This document shows, one piece after another, positions 46,364 to 59,329 of a stretch of DNA of 64,000 bases. Below the pieces are notes generated by a model. It saw only the letters and a list, made by a program, of their open reading frames with translations. It was not told the origin of the DNA and made no database searches. The number at the start of each line of letters is the position of its first letter. Position 1 is the first letter of the stretch. The translations under genes and the position numbers were made by a program. The DNA is from Psammoneis japonica. Its lineage: Eukaryota. The stretch covers positions 1 through 64,000 of the forward strand of contig QPGO01000100.1 of NCBI GenBank assembly GCA_008632985.1, given 5' to 3'.

Positions 46364-46806
46364 TTGTTCTTGATGTTCTTTGTCGACCGATTGTTTTTCA
46401 GTTTATGACTCATCATCTGTTTGGCCATACTGTAGTCTCTATGATGAACATCGAAGAAGCTTCTCATCGCGAGAAGAGAAGGATGTTGCAGTTTCTGTGC
46501 ACAAATTTCTAAATTGGTGGACACGACTGATTGGTGGCGTTCTATAACATAAATAAATATTAGATTCCATATAAATATCATTGCTTTACTATCGTAGTTT
46601 GTGAGGTCTGTTTCTAAGAAGGATATATTTTCATTATATCATCATACATGAGTATTATTTTCCTCCATTGACTGACTCAGCACTTCAAGCCTCACACCCA
46701 AAACGTCTCCACGGCACAATAAAAAAAGCCTTTTCCAAAGAGCGGGAGACTATGGTACCAAATTTTGTTTTCGGTGCTGCGGCTGGATCCAAAGGAAGGA
46801 ACGGTG

Positions 46807-48468
46807 ATGGGTCGTTGCGCCTTGGTTAAGTGGAGCATTCTTCCGCTCTTTTTCGCGGGGCATGCTGTGACAAGCTTTGTCCCCTCATTTCGATTTCTGA
46901 GACCTGCCAATGGATGCATCAACCAGCTTGGTGGTATTTCTAGCGCTTCCGCCAGCCCAACTGGAATTTTGAAGTCGACACAGTATCAAGATGACAACGT
47001 AGTGCAAGAGGCAAACACAGTCCAGACTGTTGAGCCTGCAGTGTTTGAATGGTCAAAGCAGTGGTATCCTCTCCGCCCGTTATCTTGTTTGGAGGACGTT
47101 GCGAACGAGCCAATTCCCGTCCAGCTGCTTGGGCGGAATTTGGTTCTGTGGAAAACGGCAACGACCAATGGCGATGAGCAACAATGGTCTGTCATGGAGG
47201 ACGAGTGTCCGCACAGAAGGGCTCCTTTGTCGACTGGCAAGGTGGTGGGCGGAAGCAAACTCATGTGCCGCTTCCACGGTTGGGAGTTCGGAGTGGACGG
47301 CTCGTGCGAGAATATCCCCATGTTTACCGGCGAAAAGGAGAATCTAAACGCTCTTGTTGAGAAGGACGCCTTTTGCGTCAAATCGTATCCTACTCGAGAG
47401 GCCGGAGGTCTTTTGTGGGTCTATCTGGGTGCGGACACATCGCAGCAGGCTCTTCCGGAAATTCCACAATCGTCAATAGTTCCAAAAGATGTGGAGTCAA
47501 ATGCAGATTGGCTCATTCAGTTCTTTCCCATCACGTACATGTCAATGGTTGAAAATTCCTTCGATCCGGCGCACGCACCTTTCATTCACGAAGGTATCAA
47601 GGAGTATTCGGGGGGCAAGTATGCTCCAGAGGGTGCAGCACCAATGCAGCAATACCGGCTGTGTGAAAACACAACAATTACGACAGACGGGTTCTCGCTG
47701 GAGCACACCCCATACCAAAAAAGCCTGGATCCAAGTACTACTGTCATTCGTCAATTCGCGCCTCCGTCTCTTCAAAAGACAGTGATGCCGTTCTTTAGCA
47801 TTTATCTCTACTTTGTGCCTACCGGACCCCGCGAAACCATGGTCCTATCCCTGTTTCCCATGCCATCGTTCAAGTGGACAAAGTTCCTCCCGTCAAAATT
47901 TAGGGCTGCAATGATGGACATGATTCATTTTTGGTTCATTACAAGTGCAGGAAATCGACGATTCTTCCTTCAAGATACTGTCACCATGCAGGGTCAGGAT
48001 ACAAACAAACTTCAGCAGACTGGTTTCAACATGAAGGAAGTAGTTTCCGACATGGCTCCAACTCCCGCTGACTTTGGGATTAATGTTTTCCAGAGATGGG
48101 TGCGCAAGTTTGGTCGAGGAGGCCCCTTTAGTGACTCAATAGCTGTGGTTCCTATCGATTCCCTCCAAAGTCCGCAACCAAAGTCAATGTGGGAACTGCA
48201 CGGGAAGCACTGTCCAAAGTGCAAACGTTCCTTGACTAGGCTTGAAAAGATGCAAGGTCGATCGAGTAAAGCTGCAAGTCTAGCTCTGCTGGGCAGCAGT
48301 ATTGCTGCAATTGTGAATTCTGCGGTGGGCCGGAAGCTCACCCTACCCCTGGCAGGCGTTTTCGTTTCTCTTGTATTGCGCTCTTTAGAAGCAGTAGCGA
48401 AAAAGGCCCGCGCGAGAATTCACAAGTCTCTCGGTTACTCTCATATTTCCGACGTTTATGCTTACTGA
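46807..48468 (+). CDS. Plastid Rieske non-heme oxygenase (PAO/TIC55/PTC52 family)
   Basis: Signal peptide plus VTS|FVP. Rieske motif CPHR...CRFHGW, Fe site ENSFDPAHAPFIH, and C-terminal HGKHCPKC followed by TM segments. Confidence 0.88.
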   Translation: MGRCALVKWSILPLFFAGHAVTSFVPSFRFLRPANGCINQLGGISSASASPTGILKSTQYQDDNVVQEANTVQTVEPAVFEWSKQWYPLRPLSCLEDVANEPIPVQLLGRNLVLWKTATTNGDEQQWSVMEDECPHRRAPLSTGKVVGGSKLMCRFHGWEFGVDGSCENIPMFTGEKENLNALVEKDAFCVKSYPTREAGGLLWVYLGADTSQQALPEIPQSSIVPKDVESNADWLIQFFPITYMSMVENSFDPAHAPFIHEGIKEYSGGKYAPEGAAPMQQYRLCENTTITTDGFSLEHTPYQKSLDPSTTVIRQFAPPSLQKTVMPFFSIYLYFVPTGPRETMVLSLFPMPSFKWTKFLPSKFRAAMMDMIHFWFITSAGNRRFFLQDTVTMQGQDTNKLQQTGFNMKEVVSDMAPTPADFGINVFQRWVRKFGRGGPFSDSIAVVPIDSLQSPQPKSMWELHGKHCPKCKRSLTRLEKMQGRSSKAASLALLGSSIAAIVNSAVGRKLTLPLAGVFVSLVLRSLEAVAKKARARIHKSLGYSHISDVYAY

Positions 48469-48731
48469 TAATTTTTCTTTCAGCATTTTTCAGTCAGCAG
48501 AAGTTAAGATAGAGAATGCCGGATGGTGCTATTGAATGGTGCTTCAGCGAACAAGGACATCTGTCGTCATGCTCTAACGGGAAGTTATTTATTGCATTCG
48601 CTCAAGAGAGAGAAGGACCAACAATTCACGTCCATGTAAGTCGTTCTATCAATGTAGCATTTAAGTCTAAGATGTACTGCCCCCGATGAAAAGCATACAT
48701 ACAACAATCCAGCCGATCGCAAAGGGCGGTA

Positions 48732-50520
48732 TCAATTTGAGTCTTTGTCTTCGTCTTCTGACCATGAAAAGATATCTTCAACAAGATCATGAGCAAGAGC
48801 ATCCATCACTGGCCGGCCGCCCTTGTTCATTAAGGTACTGATTCGACTCCGAGATACGGCGCAAATCATGTTGTGCCCAACTGGAAGATGAAGGCGGTTA
48901 TCATTAGGAACAGCAAAGGCTGATACGACACGCCGGGACTCTACAGGTTCACCTCTTTCTCGTAACTCAACCAGCGAATGGATTCGCTTTTCTTCCTGCG
49001 GCTCGTCTTTTTCGTCTTCCTCTATGCTGTTTCCGTTGCTGGTTTCTTCTGTCACTTCTGAATCGTCCCCAGATCGTTGTATGAAGGACTTTGCCCGTTC
49101 TGACAAAGCGTTACTTGTTGAAACTAGAGAGAAACGTTTGGTCCCATTGCTTGAGGCGGTGCTGGATCGCCTGCCTCGCCATGGCAATGGAACGCCAAGC
49201 GGGATCTCGCTACGAATGTCCACAAAGACTTTTTTCCAACCCAAAGAGTCCAAGGCGGTCGACATTTGTGCTAGTTCATCTTCATGCTCCTAGTATGCAT
49301 TCACGGAGAAGTGTGACGATGAGGCCATTAGACTACAATTCGAGACAGCAACGTTTGATCACGACGATATGCACTCACCTCATCGACGAAAAGCTGATGA
49401 CCGTGCTCTCCTTCACTGGGATCATGACGAGGCGTGTGTAGCGTGGCAATAATGAGACCGTTGTCATCCACCAGGACTCGGTCTTCCCCGGCATCCTCGT
49501 CTTGTACAAAGTAATGCGGATATGTGCTATTGTGGTTCAAAAAGGCAGCCGTTTCGGGTGGCACTGGGAAATCGGTCCCATAGACATTGGCATACGCCAC
49601 CCGATGACGAAACCTTCCAAGTGGCTCCAAGAATTCTTTCGATGTGGCCATGGTCTTCATTAAGTCGTTTAATCGGAATCTATAAATCACAAGCATATAC
49701 GGATCATACTGATTAGAGGAGTGAAAGCCACAACACAAACCAGAGAGTCCAAAGGGCAAACTTACAAATCATGCCCCGTTGTTCCCAACGCCTTGGCAAC
49801 ACCAATTTCAGCCGTCCGTGGTAATGGGACGTACGTGTGTCGGGAGATTCCCAGGTGCGGCGATGCTGTCGTGTAGAAAACATTAAAGGATAGTCGATAC
49901 TTTTCATCCAACACGTCGTGGTGAGCTAGTTTCGCAATGGCATATCTGCTGTATATCCCACCCAAGGAATTACCAACCATAGAAATGGTTACATTGTGTA
50001 CTCCGCTTTCTGTAATGCGCTTTGCCATTTCTTGTCGAATAATGTCAATCATTTCCTGCGCCAGTCGCTCACCCCCCTTTTCTACACCGTCGTTGGTTTT
50101 TTGTTCATTGCAGACCGCCGCGTGCACCACCAAATCTGCTCTTGACATCGAGTCGTTTTGTCGCTTTTTGATGCGTTCTCCAAAGAGCTGCATGATAGTT
50201 TGTAAGTACGACAAGTCCTGAATAATCCAAGCTGTTGTGAGTAAGTTTTCTCACACGAAAACAAGAAGCTCAGCTACTGCTACTCACCTTGGAACAACCA
50301 CGGTGTCCATGAACGAGAAAGCAGAAATGAGTGACTGTTGGATTCTGAACTACGGTAGGTTCAAGCTTGAACGACCCATCTGTGCATCATGCTTTCCATG
50401 CGTTTCTTCAATATCAAAGGGAGGAGCTAACGTATCCCACCACTTTTTTGTCGACGATCTCGGGTCCTCGTCATTTTCTTTTGGAGCCGCTTGTTCTTTT
50501 TCTTGTTGCAAATTGTTCAT
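48732..50520 (-). CDS. DUF676 putative serine esterase/lipase (multi-intron; start may be further upstream)
   Basis: HFCFLVHGHRG, GVEKGGERLA, nucleophile elbow GNSLGG, TTASPHLG and RVAYAN..TDFPVP. Confidence 0.85.
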
Positions 50521-51191
50521 TTCTTCCGATAGCAGTAATTTGCGTTTGGCTGTCGTTAGAATCGTTTGAAAGCCCCGAACTTCAGAAGTTACGTACGAGA
50601 ACAAGAGCAAAGAATCAAACACGTCACTGCAGTCGTTGTCACTGACAAAAGCATAACAGAATTATTCCAAAAGAACTTGCTCCCAAAGAACAAAAGAGCT
50701 CTCGGACATGTAGTATCTGTCAGTCAGTCACTCGCTCACGTTCAATCTCTGCTCTACGATAAGCAAAGACAGACTCAAAGACACAAGTGCGTTTGCAATG
50801 TTGCAGCACTTGCTCCCTCCGCAACCGCCACACCCTACTGGTATTCCTGACGACCCCCGCTGTCGTGTCTTCTCACATCTCACATTGCCACTCTCGTGTT
50901 GACACGAGAGTGCATAGAGGGGCAGAAAGTGCGAGTGTTTGCTTGCCTGTCCGCAAGTTTGGGTGTTTCGTTCCCCGTGCGCTTGCTCGCAAATACGACA
51001 GGCAGACAACGGGACACATTCAGAATCAACCCAACACACACACCCGATACACTGACAAGACAACCTTGCTCAGGGGTGCGCTCGATCGCTCCTCTCTGCT
51101 TCTCGCTCTCTGTCATGAACACTCAACAACGCCGGTAAAAGCACAAAGGACAGCAGAAAAGGTGCTGCTGTACCATACTTGTACAACCGAG

Positions 51192-53201
51192 ATGGCTGAT
51201 AGTGATAACAACAACATTTTGGTGCCCTTTTGGTTGCTCGAGAAATGTCAACAATTGACCAGAAATCAAAGCGCGCTTGAGGAACTGGACTTGACTGGAA
51301 ATCACGATATCGGGAACAACCTTGCTGTGACTGTGTCGTTGTTTCTGCGAGACAACACTACGCTCGAGCATTTGTTGCTTTCCGACTGCGGAATTCATGA
51401 CGAGGGAAGCATTGCGATTTTCGAAATGATTGCATCCAACAAATCCATCCGAACTCTAGATATTGGGTTAAACTATTGCACTGTATCAAGCATGATAGTT
51501 CTGTCAAGAACGCTTTCCTGTAATCGTACTCTAGTTGAACTAAACTTGGAGAACAACGAGTTAGAGGACGATGGTACTCAAGAGCTAGTTCGAGGATTAC
51601 TTAATAATCGGACGCTTAAAATCCTAAACATTGGTACAAATCATCTTGGCACGGTCGGAGTTGCAGCTGTTTGCGAGCTTTTGAAGCAATCGCAATCTCT
51701 GCGCGAGGTGTTGCTTCATGAGAATCTCCTGGGCGACGAAAGCGCTGGCCTGATTATAAAGGCCATAGCTTCCAACAAAGGATCCGCGCTCGAAATTCTG
51801 AGTCTTGGAAGAAATGAAATTCAGCCAGAGGGCGCAAAAATTATTGGTGAGATGCTAGCCTTGACTGAACTAAAGGAATTGTATCTGCACGACAATTCCA
51901 TTGGGGCGGAAGGGGTTCGGCTCTTTTGCAAGGGCATTGTTGATTGCCAAAAAGTATGTGCTTTGAAACTACTTCATTTGCAAAAGAATGGGATCGGCAA
52001 CGATGGTGCTCAAGCTTTGGGCAAAATGCTGAAATCAACAAATCAGAGGATAGCCGAGCTCCACTTGCAAAACAATGAAATCGGGCCCGACGGTGCCAAG
52101 GAACTAGCTCGAACGCTCCAACCACCGGATCTGTGCTCAGATGAACTTGGTGAAGAGGGAACCATGGCAACAGACGCCGCTCTACAGCAATTACAATCAC
52201 TCGGAGGCAACGTCAATAGCGTTGACGACGCAATCCAAGAGAATGAAAGTAGTAGTCTTGAGTATTTGGATTTGGGCGAAAACCACATCGGTAATGCAGG
52301 AGCCGTTTTCTTTGAAGCGGCGCTCGCAAAGACCAAACGCCTGCGAAAACTGTTTCTCTACCAGAATGGCATTGGCCCAAATGGCAGTGCAGCAATCGCC
52401 AGAGGACTTGCAAGAAACAAAGGGTCGCTCCGCACAATCTCGCTTGCAGACAACCACATTGGACCTCTGGCAGCGGAAGCATTTGGATTGTCGTTTCATT
52501 CCAGCAATGTAAACCTGAAAGAGCTGAATCTTGAAGACAATGGCATTGGCGAGCGTGGCGCGGAGCTCATGGCAAATGGCCTTGCGACATGCGACAAGTG
52601 CAGCCTGGAAATTCTTGACATTGACTCCAACGGCATTGGAAACTCTGGTGCTGCTGCTTTTGGAAGAGTGCTCTCCTCTAGAGCTACCGAAGAACTACAC
52701 ACACTGTTTGTTAATTCCAATAATATGAATGAAATCGGTATCGCTGAGCTATTGGAGTCGGGGCAAAGTGACAAGGGGACGTTGTGTTTGAATCTCAGTG
52801 GCAACCGCATCCGTGGTGAGTTCAATAGGATTGTAGAAATATTCAAGACGAAGCTCAGGGTAAAGACCTTGAATCTAGAGAGTTGTTTCGAGAGCGAAGA
52901 AGCCAAAGCGTCCCTTATTCAACAAGGACTTCAGCACAATTATTTTATCGAAAATCTCCACTTGGACGAGATACAAGACAAAGCCGTTGAAAAAGAGATG
53001 GATCTTTATCTACGTCTTAACAAGGTCGGTAGAAGACTGCTGAAGATGAATGCGCACGCTGCGGTATGGGCGATTCTTTTGTCAAAGGTTTCGGCCGATC
53101 ATGACATGCTGTATTATTTCCTTCGCGAAAAGCCTGACTTGTGCAGCTATTCCGGTCACGAAACTATATCTCGAACACCTTGGAAAAGGCGTCGCTGCTG
53201 A
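51192..53201 (+). CDS. RNI-like leucine-rich repeat protein (NLRC3-like LRR)
   Basis: Many ~28-aa LxxLxLxxNxIGxxG repeats. The C-terminus YLRLNKVGRRLL..W..LL...LYYFLREKP is typical of diatom LRR families. Confidence 0.9.
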   Translation: MADSDNNNILVPFWLLEKCQQLTRNQSALEELDLTGNHDIGNNLAVTVSLFLRDNTTLEHLLLSDCGIHDEGSIAIFEMIASNKSIRTLDIGLNYCTVSSMIVLSRTLSCNRTLVELNLENNELEDDGTQELVRGLLNNRTLKILNIGTNHLGTVGVAAVCELLKQSQSLREVLLHENLLGDESAGLIIKAIASNKGSALEILSLGRNEIQPEGAKIIGEMLALTELKELYLHDNSIGAEGVRLFCKGIVDCQKVCALKLLHLQKNGIGNDGAQALGKMLKSTNQRIAELHLQNNEIGPDGAKELARTLQPPDLCSDELGEEGTMATDAALQQLQSLGGNVNSVDDAIQENESSSLEYLDLGENHIGNAGAVFFEAALAKTKRLRKLFLYQNGIGPNGSAAIARGLARNKGSLRTISLADNHIGPLAAEAFGLSFHSSNVNLKELNLEDNGIGERGAELMANGLATCDKCSLEILDIDSNGIGNSGAAAFGRVLSSRATEELHTLFVNSNNMNEIGIAELLESGQSDKGTLCLNLSGNRIRGEFNRIVEIFKTKLRVKTLNLESCFESEEAKASLIQQGLQHNYFIENLHLDEIQDKAVEKEMDLYLRLNKVGRRLLKMNAHAAVWAILLSKVSADHDMLYYFLREKPDLCSYSGHETISRTPWKRRRC

Positions 53202-53269
53202 ATTCGTTTCGTGGGAGACATTGAGCGGCGGGTTGGCAGACGAAACGAGTTCGGTTGCTTTGAACGGCC

Positions 53270-55047
53270 TTACCAAAATGGGGGATTATCCTCATTTAGT
53301 TTGGGGCTACCTTTGCAAGGGAACTTACTGGGCTTGTCGCTGAAGTGACATGAAAACGAAGGCTTCGGGGAACAGCACCCCACACCGACTGACGAACCAA
53401 GAAGTTGGGATGTGCAGTTGTCCTCCACATACCATTCTCCCATTTGTTTCAAGAAGAGTAATTTATTAGTCCGGTTTGTCGTCCAACTCATGTGGAAAAT
53501 ATACGGATCTTTCTCCCCACGGAAGAAAGAATTCATCCATTGATCAGGATTCGCATGGTAGTGGTATCCACAGGGAAAACCGTCGCTATTGCGACTTATA
53601 ACCTTGACAACGCAGCCCGTAAAGAGACGAGTGTTCCGTGATGATTGCAGTCAAAGCTTGCTGGTGACTCCTTGTTTCTAATATTAAATCACCAGCCAGC
53701 ATGAGGGAAGTGAAAAGGAACTGTGTTCGAGAATTGTGTCTCACAAAATAGAATCCAGAGTTGGCGAGTAAGGAGCAAAACGCGGCAGTCGCGATCCATC
53801 GTCTTGGAAGTAGATATCAAAGTCGTCCTTGGCACTTTGAAAAAATGGAATAGGATCACGAAACCATACAACGTCGACATCTTGAAACAGTATATCGTAT
53901 CCTAGCATGCTAATCATCTGTACGCAATAGACCTTGGCCACCATCATGCTGCGAATGTCGCGTCGCCATACACAGCTGCTGCTTGAGTTGGAGCCCGCCC
54001 AAAGATCTGTGTTAAACAAGACGGAAAATAGTTAAGGGGCTTCGCTCTTCGCAGATTTCAACCTACAGCTGCATCGCTGGCTGTACTCACGCTTTCATCA
54101 TAGAATACTGTCATTCCGAGGCTTTCGGCAACTTTCTTTGTCTCGCTATCCGTCGCGAATACGAGGACTCTTTCGACTACCGAGATACCATGCGCTTCTG
54201 CCGAGCACGCAAAATTGACCAGTAAATCTGACTGCCCATAGTTACACACCATCACTATAACTGTATTGTTGTGAGCGACCTTTTGTGCCTTGACCTTGAG
54301 TTTCTTCATCATGTCTGGCAGCGTTGCAAAGTATGTTTCCAGCATGCCCCAATTGCTTTGTGTGTGCTTGCTTGTTGGTGGTGCAAAGTCGTTGGTTCCA
54401 TCTATTTGGTGCCCACGACTCGTCAATCGAAGGGGTTGGCTTCGATCCAATGGTCCTTTCCTCTCCTTTGATGTCCGCATCCAATTTTGGATGTGAAACG
54501 ACGGATACTGTGGCACAAGAGCTATGCATTGTCTACTGGAAATCGGATCGGTCAAGATGACATTCATCACATCACAATTTGACGTTGCCTCTTCTGCTGA
54601 GAGCAATGGAATCTTTTGACCGTTTTGAGTAGCTTCAACCTTTTTCAATTTCGGTATTGCGTTGGATTGTTTATAAATCAGGAGAACATCCTTAGATCCG
54701 CCTTGAGCCTCTTTTGTTTCGATAGGGACTCCGAGGTCGAATGCCTGAGTAAAGTTAAACTTATTGATTCTTGCCATTCCAACTGCATAATTTCTGACTG
54801 TGGAAGGAAATCTTCTCATTGCTTCTGGCTGTTGACGATGTTTGATGCTTCCTAGCAGCTCGTAATCGCCTGAGGTATGGCAGATATCATCCACATTTAT
54901 GCAAACATTATGCAGAGTCAAAAGTGATCCTGCCATGAAGGATATAGCACACAGTCCCACCAACAAAAGGTAGTAGAACAGTCCTCCAGTGGTCGATGAG
55001 GGCTTCTTGCGGATCCTGCCGCCGCTAACCATGTTGCTTGACGCCAT
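53270..55047 (-). CDS. Nucleotide-diphospho-sugar transferase (GT77-like), type II membrane
   Basis: N-terminal TM segment, VLVFATD, LGYDILFQDVDVVWFRDP (DxD) and YIFHMSWT. Intron near 54010-54090 plus frameshifts. Confidence 0.85.
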
Positions 55048-55358
55048 GGTGGGGGCAGATAAATGGAAGAAAAAATCAAAAAGAGAAAAGTGAGAATCTG
55101 ATGTAGTTTCCTGTGCTTCACCGATCATTCGCGCGAAGCGCGCATGCATAAGATCTCATAGTCAAAGCTCACGCGCCTAAACCTCTTTCGCAACAGCGCA
55201 TACCGGGGCACGGGGCACCGGCTTCAACCATCGCATCACAATGATGGCGAGAAAAAGCGCCGGCGCCGGTTATAAGCTGCTTTAACAACTGTCTCTGCAC
55301 TTGCTCAGTTCAAAACATTACCACAAGTCCATAAGTTCATGAGAAGAACTCGGTAATC

Positions 55359-57675
55359 ATGGTGCTGCCTCCGATTGAAACTGTCCCGGTGATTTTGATG
55401 CGCTTTACAGAAAAGGCCACCCCCGAACTCATCGCCCTCGTCAAGGAACGCCTCAGTTTAGGTGGTATCATTGTCGTTTCCGACGAACGCACCACAACCA
55501 AAGGAGTCACAACGTGTACTCTTGGCTTGACGACGTCACAGCAAGAAGTAGAAGCCGAAGCGCAGCAGTTTCATTTCATGAAGAAAACGTCGGATACCAA
55601 CGCGATTGAGTATTATACCGTCAAGTCGCGCTTACGCTTTTCTGGAAAACCCGCAACCACCTTACACGAGCGTGATTCGCACGGTATTTTCACTCCCAAT
55701 GATTGGGCGATACTTGTGCGAAGATTATTGAGCAACATTACGGTTCTGCCCGAGGGAGATACGTCCACCAATTTGTCGCTCATGCTGTTTGACACGGATC
55801 CCGCCAAGATCAAACGACGAATCTTTGTGTCCAAGCGTGATTTATATCTGCGTGAACATTATCAACAAGTCACACTCGAAATGACATTGAGAGGGAAGGG
55901 ATATGTCGATGTCATTGCACCCGTGCATATTCCCAAGTGTCGTGATTCGATTCTGGCAGAAACCATGAAGCTGCGCAACTTTGTCCCGCCTGTCGATGCG
56001 ATCGGAGCCTATTATGGCAAACAGGTGGCGTTTTACTTTGCGTGGATGGGATTTCTGACCAAATGGCTGTTGTTTCCGGGGTTGCTTGGTATTTTCATGT
56101 ATGCGTCTCGGATCTATCGTGGAGACAATATTGACAATGATGAGTTGACGCCCTTTTATGGACTCGTCACCTTTGTGTGGGGAGTCTTGTTTATCAAGTT
56201 TTGGCAACGCCACGAAAACAGACTCTCGTACTGGTGGGGAACGCTGACGCTCAGTGCCTATGAGAAGCAAAAGTTCTTTGCCAGGCGTCCGGAATTTCAT
56301 GGTGTCTTGCGCAAGTCGCCCGTGACGGGATCCACCGAAACGTATTATCCAGAAAAGAGACGGCAGTTGCAATATGTCATTAGTGGAACCATCACGGCTC
56401 TCTTGTTGGGTGTGGCGTTTAGTGTCATGATTATGAGCTTGAATCTACAGGGCTACATTCGACCAAAAGATGATCCAGAACGATGGACCGACGAGCATCC
56501 GCACCCCTTTTACTATCCCTATCTGTCCATTCTCGCCGAGGAAGGCAATCTTTTTGATGCAGCGTCACAGTGGAGATGTTATGTTCCCGTTATTCTGCAC
56601 TCTCTTTGTATTCTTGCCATGAATACAATGTACCGAAGCGTAAGTGATGGTTCATGGTGACGTTCCTTGTGTTTCTGGACGCGATCATTGACTCACCACA
56701 TTTTGTTATCCACTGACTTGTCATTCGCAGATTGCAGAATCTCTGACCGAATGGGAGAACCACGAAACCGAACAAGAATACCAAAACGCTATGATTTTGA
56801 AGCGTTTCCTCTTTGAGGCATTCGATTGTTATGTTGCTCTGTTTTACTTGGCGTTTTATGAACGCGACGTTCATCGGCTACGAGCCGAACTTGTGAGCGT
56901 CTTTTACATTGATACCTTTCGTCGTGTGCTGATTGAATGCATCCTTCCCATGGTGTGGCAAAAACTCTTTATTGGAAAACGACAAGCAGAAACGAATGGA
57001 CCCGTGATGGATTACAAGAAAAACGATGACGCGGCTGCACAAGAGTATGCTCCTCTCACGTTCGAAGCGGATCGTGACGAGTATGAACAGTTTGACGACT
57101 ACATGGAGGTTGTCATTGAGTTGGGCTATGTCACGTTGTTTGCTTCAGCCTATCCCCTCGCCTCTCTGATTGCCATTGGTGCCAATCTCGTTGAGATTCG
57201 AGCCGACTGTTTCAAGCTGACCCGCATTTGCCAACGACCGCAAGCCGTCCGAGCCGATGGATTGGGCATGTGGAAGCAATTGGTTTCGTGCATTGTTTGG
57301 ATGTCGGCATTGACGAATTGCTTGATTTTTGGTTTCACGTCGAGACAGTTGATGCAGTACATGCCAGACTTTTACCATGAAGATGAACTCGGTCACTTGC
57401 GTTTGGTGCCGGGCAAGGGATGGATTATTGTTTTCATCATTTTTGGATTGGAACGCGTCTTGGTTGTGATTGGTCTATTGATTCATCACATTGTCCCCGA
57501 TATTCCAGAAGACATTGTGATTGAATTGGAACGGCGACAACACATAAGATTTGAAGCGCAAAAAGAAATGCGAGTGTCAGAGTCGCTCTTGAAAGCGAGG
57601 AAGAAACGCACGTCAATGTATTCGGACGACAATATTATTCCAGAGGAAAACAATTCAAAGCTGAAAGAGACATGA
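55359..57675 (+). CDS. Anoctamin/TMEM16 channel or scramblase
   Basis: YYGKQVAFYFAW, FWQR, WENH, FDDYMEVVIELGYVTLFASAYPLA and EIRAD.FKL. Intron ~56640-56730. Confidence 0.93.
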
Positions 57676-57910
57676 AAAGCATAGCTACATTCACTTGAAC
57701 TTAACAGTACCTTATATGAGTTATAACAATACGATTGCCGCTAGCAATGGTCGGGCAATTAATTACAATGCACAAATAACAAAAATCGTATTTACAAGTT
57801 TGGGTCTCGTTTTTCATCTGCGCCACCACGACGTTGATGGACTTGCAGTTGCATCTTGTGGAGAAGTCACGTGCGGTTCGGCAAACTCAATAGCGTTGTA
57901 ACGTCCATCT

Positions 57911-58874
57911 TCACTGCTGCTGGGGAGTTAAACTCTGCGTTTCGGCCGTGTCAAAGAGTTTGATGTACCGTTTCTCATTTCCTTTTCCGTCGCAAAATTT
58001 CTTCACAACCACCCCAGCAAAAATCAGCACGAGAAAAACTCCAGGGATAGGATAAATGGTTGGAAAAGAACCACCACAGTGAAAGTCTCTAGGCGGTTTT
58101 GAAGACAATTGACAAACCATCTCGTCGATCCAATCGCTGGCCGAGCTGACACGGGCATTGACACCAGGAAACACCGATCGGCACATCCGATACCCCACGA
58201 CACCAATCCCACCAACAAGTCATTGTTGTTGTTGTGATTGGGAATCACAATGGGACCACCGCTGTCGTAGGCACAACCGTCACGATCATTGTCGGGAGTC
58301 ACAAAGGTACACAAATGACTCGAGACGATACGGCCGTTTCCAAAGGTCTCGTTCCGCTTGACACTTTTCGCTGCGCTACACTTTTCATTCGAAATGCAAG
58401 TCAATTGAGCTTGTTGCAACACGTCGGTCTCTTGTTGGTGCCTGGTTGTAGAGTACCAAGTCCCATGGCAATCACGTCTTGTCCTCGAGACGGAATGTTA
58501 GGATTGCGATTCATTGGGATGGGCGGTATCGACGACATGCCGTCGAGTTGAAGAATGGTAAAGTCATTCCGAAACTCATCGTCACCCAAGCGTTGAAACT
58601 CGGGGTGGCGCACAGATTTCATCACTTTGAATTCTTGATATTCTTGTTTATAAGAATCATCATAATAGTACGTGCCGACATGAAGTTTGACATGTTTTGA
58701 CGTTGGTTTGCAGTGTCCAGCGGTAAGCACAATGTCGGGAGCAATCAAAGCACCGCCGCATTCTCGATCCAGAGACGAAAAGTACGGATAGCGTTGTGGG
58801 TCAGCGTCTGTGCCATGGACAATTGCGCCACAGTTTGGAAGCCACCACAAGAGTAAAAGAGGCGTTATTCTCAT
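57911..58874 (-). CDS. Trypsin-like (S1) serine protease with a C-terminal TM segment
   Basis: Signal peptide, IVHG N-terminus, LTAGHC, NDFTIL, CAYDSGGP and LVSWGIGCA. Two frameshifts. Confidence 0.88.
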
Positions 58875-59329
58875 GGTTCGAACAACAATAAGACAGGGTT
58901 GACACAACGTTGTTATTGAAGCAAACAGAAAAGTGTCAGCTTGAGCCAAGTGCCGATCGTCGATGTCACCCGAACTTTTCAAAATTTGTCCCAGTTAGCC
59001 TGTCCTTTCTTCACCCATTATTACCTGTCAAAAATCATTGATTCTTTATGGTTTTTTCAAAAGAACATGGATTTACGGGAGGACACTCTAAAATGCGAGG
59101 AAAACGTCTTTTTGGCTTTGCCTTTCCGTTTACACGTCACATGCAATTGACGTCATTCTCTCTTTGAGTCGATGTGATCAAAAAGGTCTCATCGCGTGTT
59201 CGATTTCGCGCGCTTTTTGCATTTTCACCTGTCTGACGACTCACAACTTTCTCACAACAATGCGATGACTTGCGAGTGAAAGATCCGCATTCAATTCACA
59301 TCATCCACAAGAGATTGGTCACACCAACC

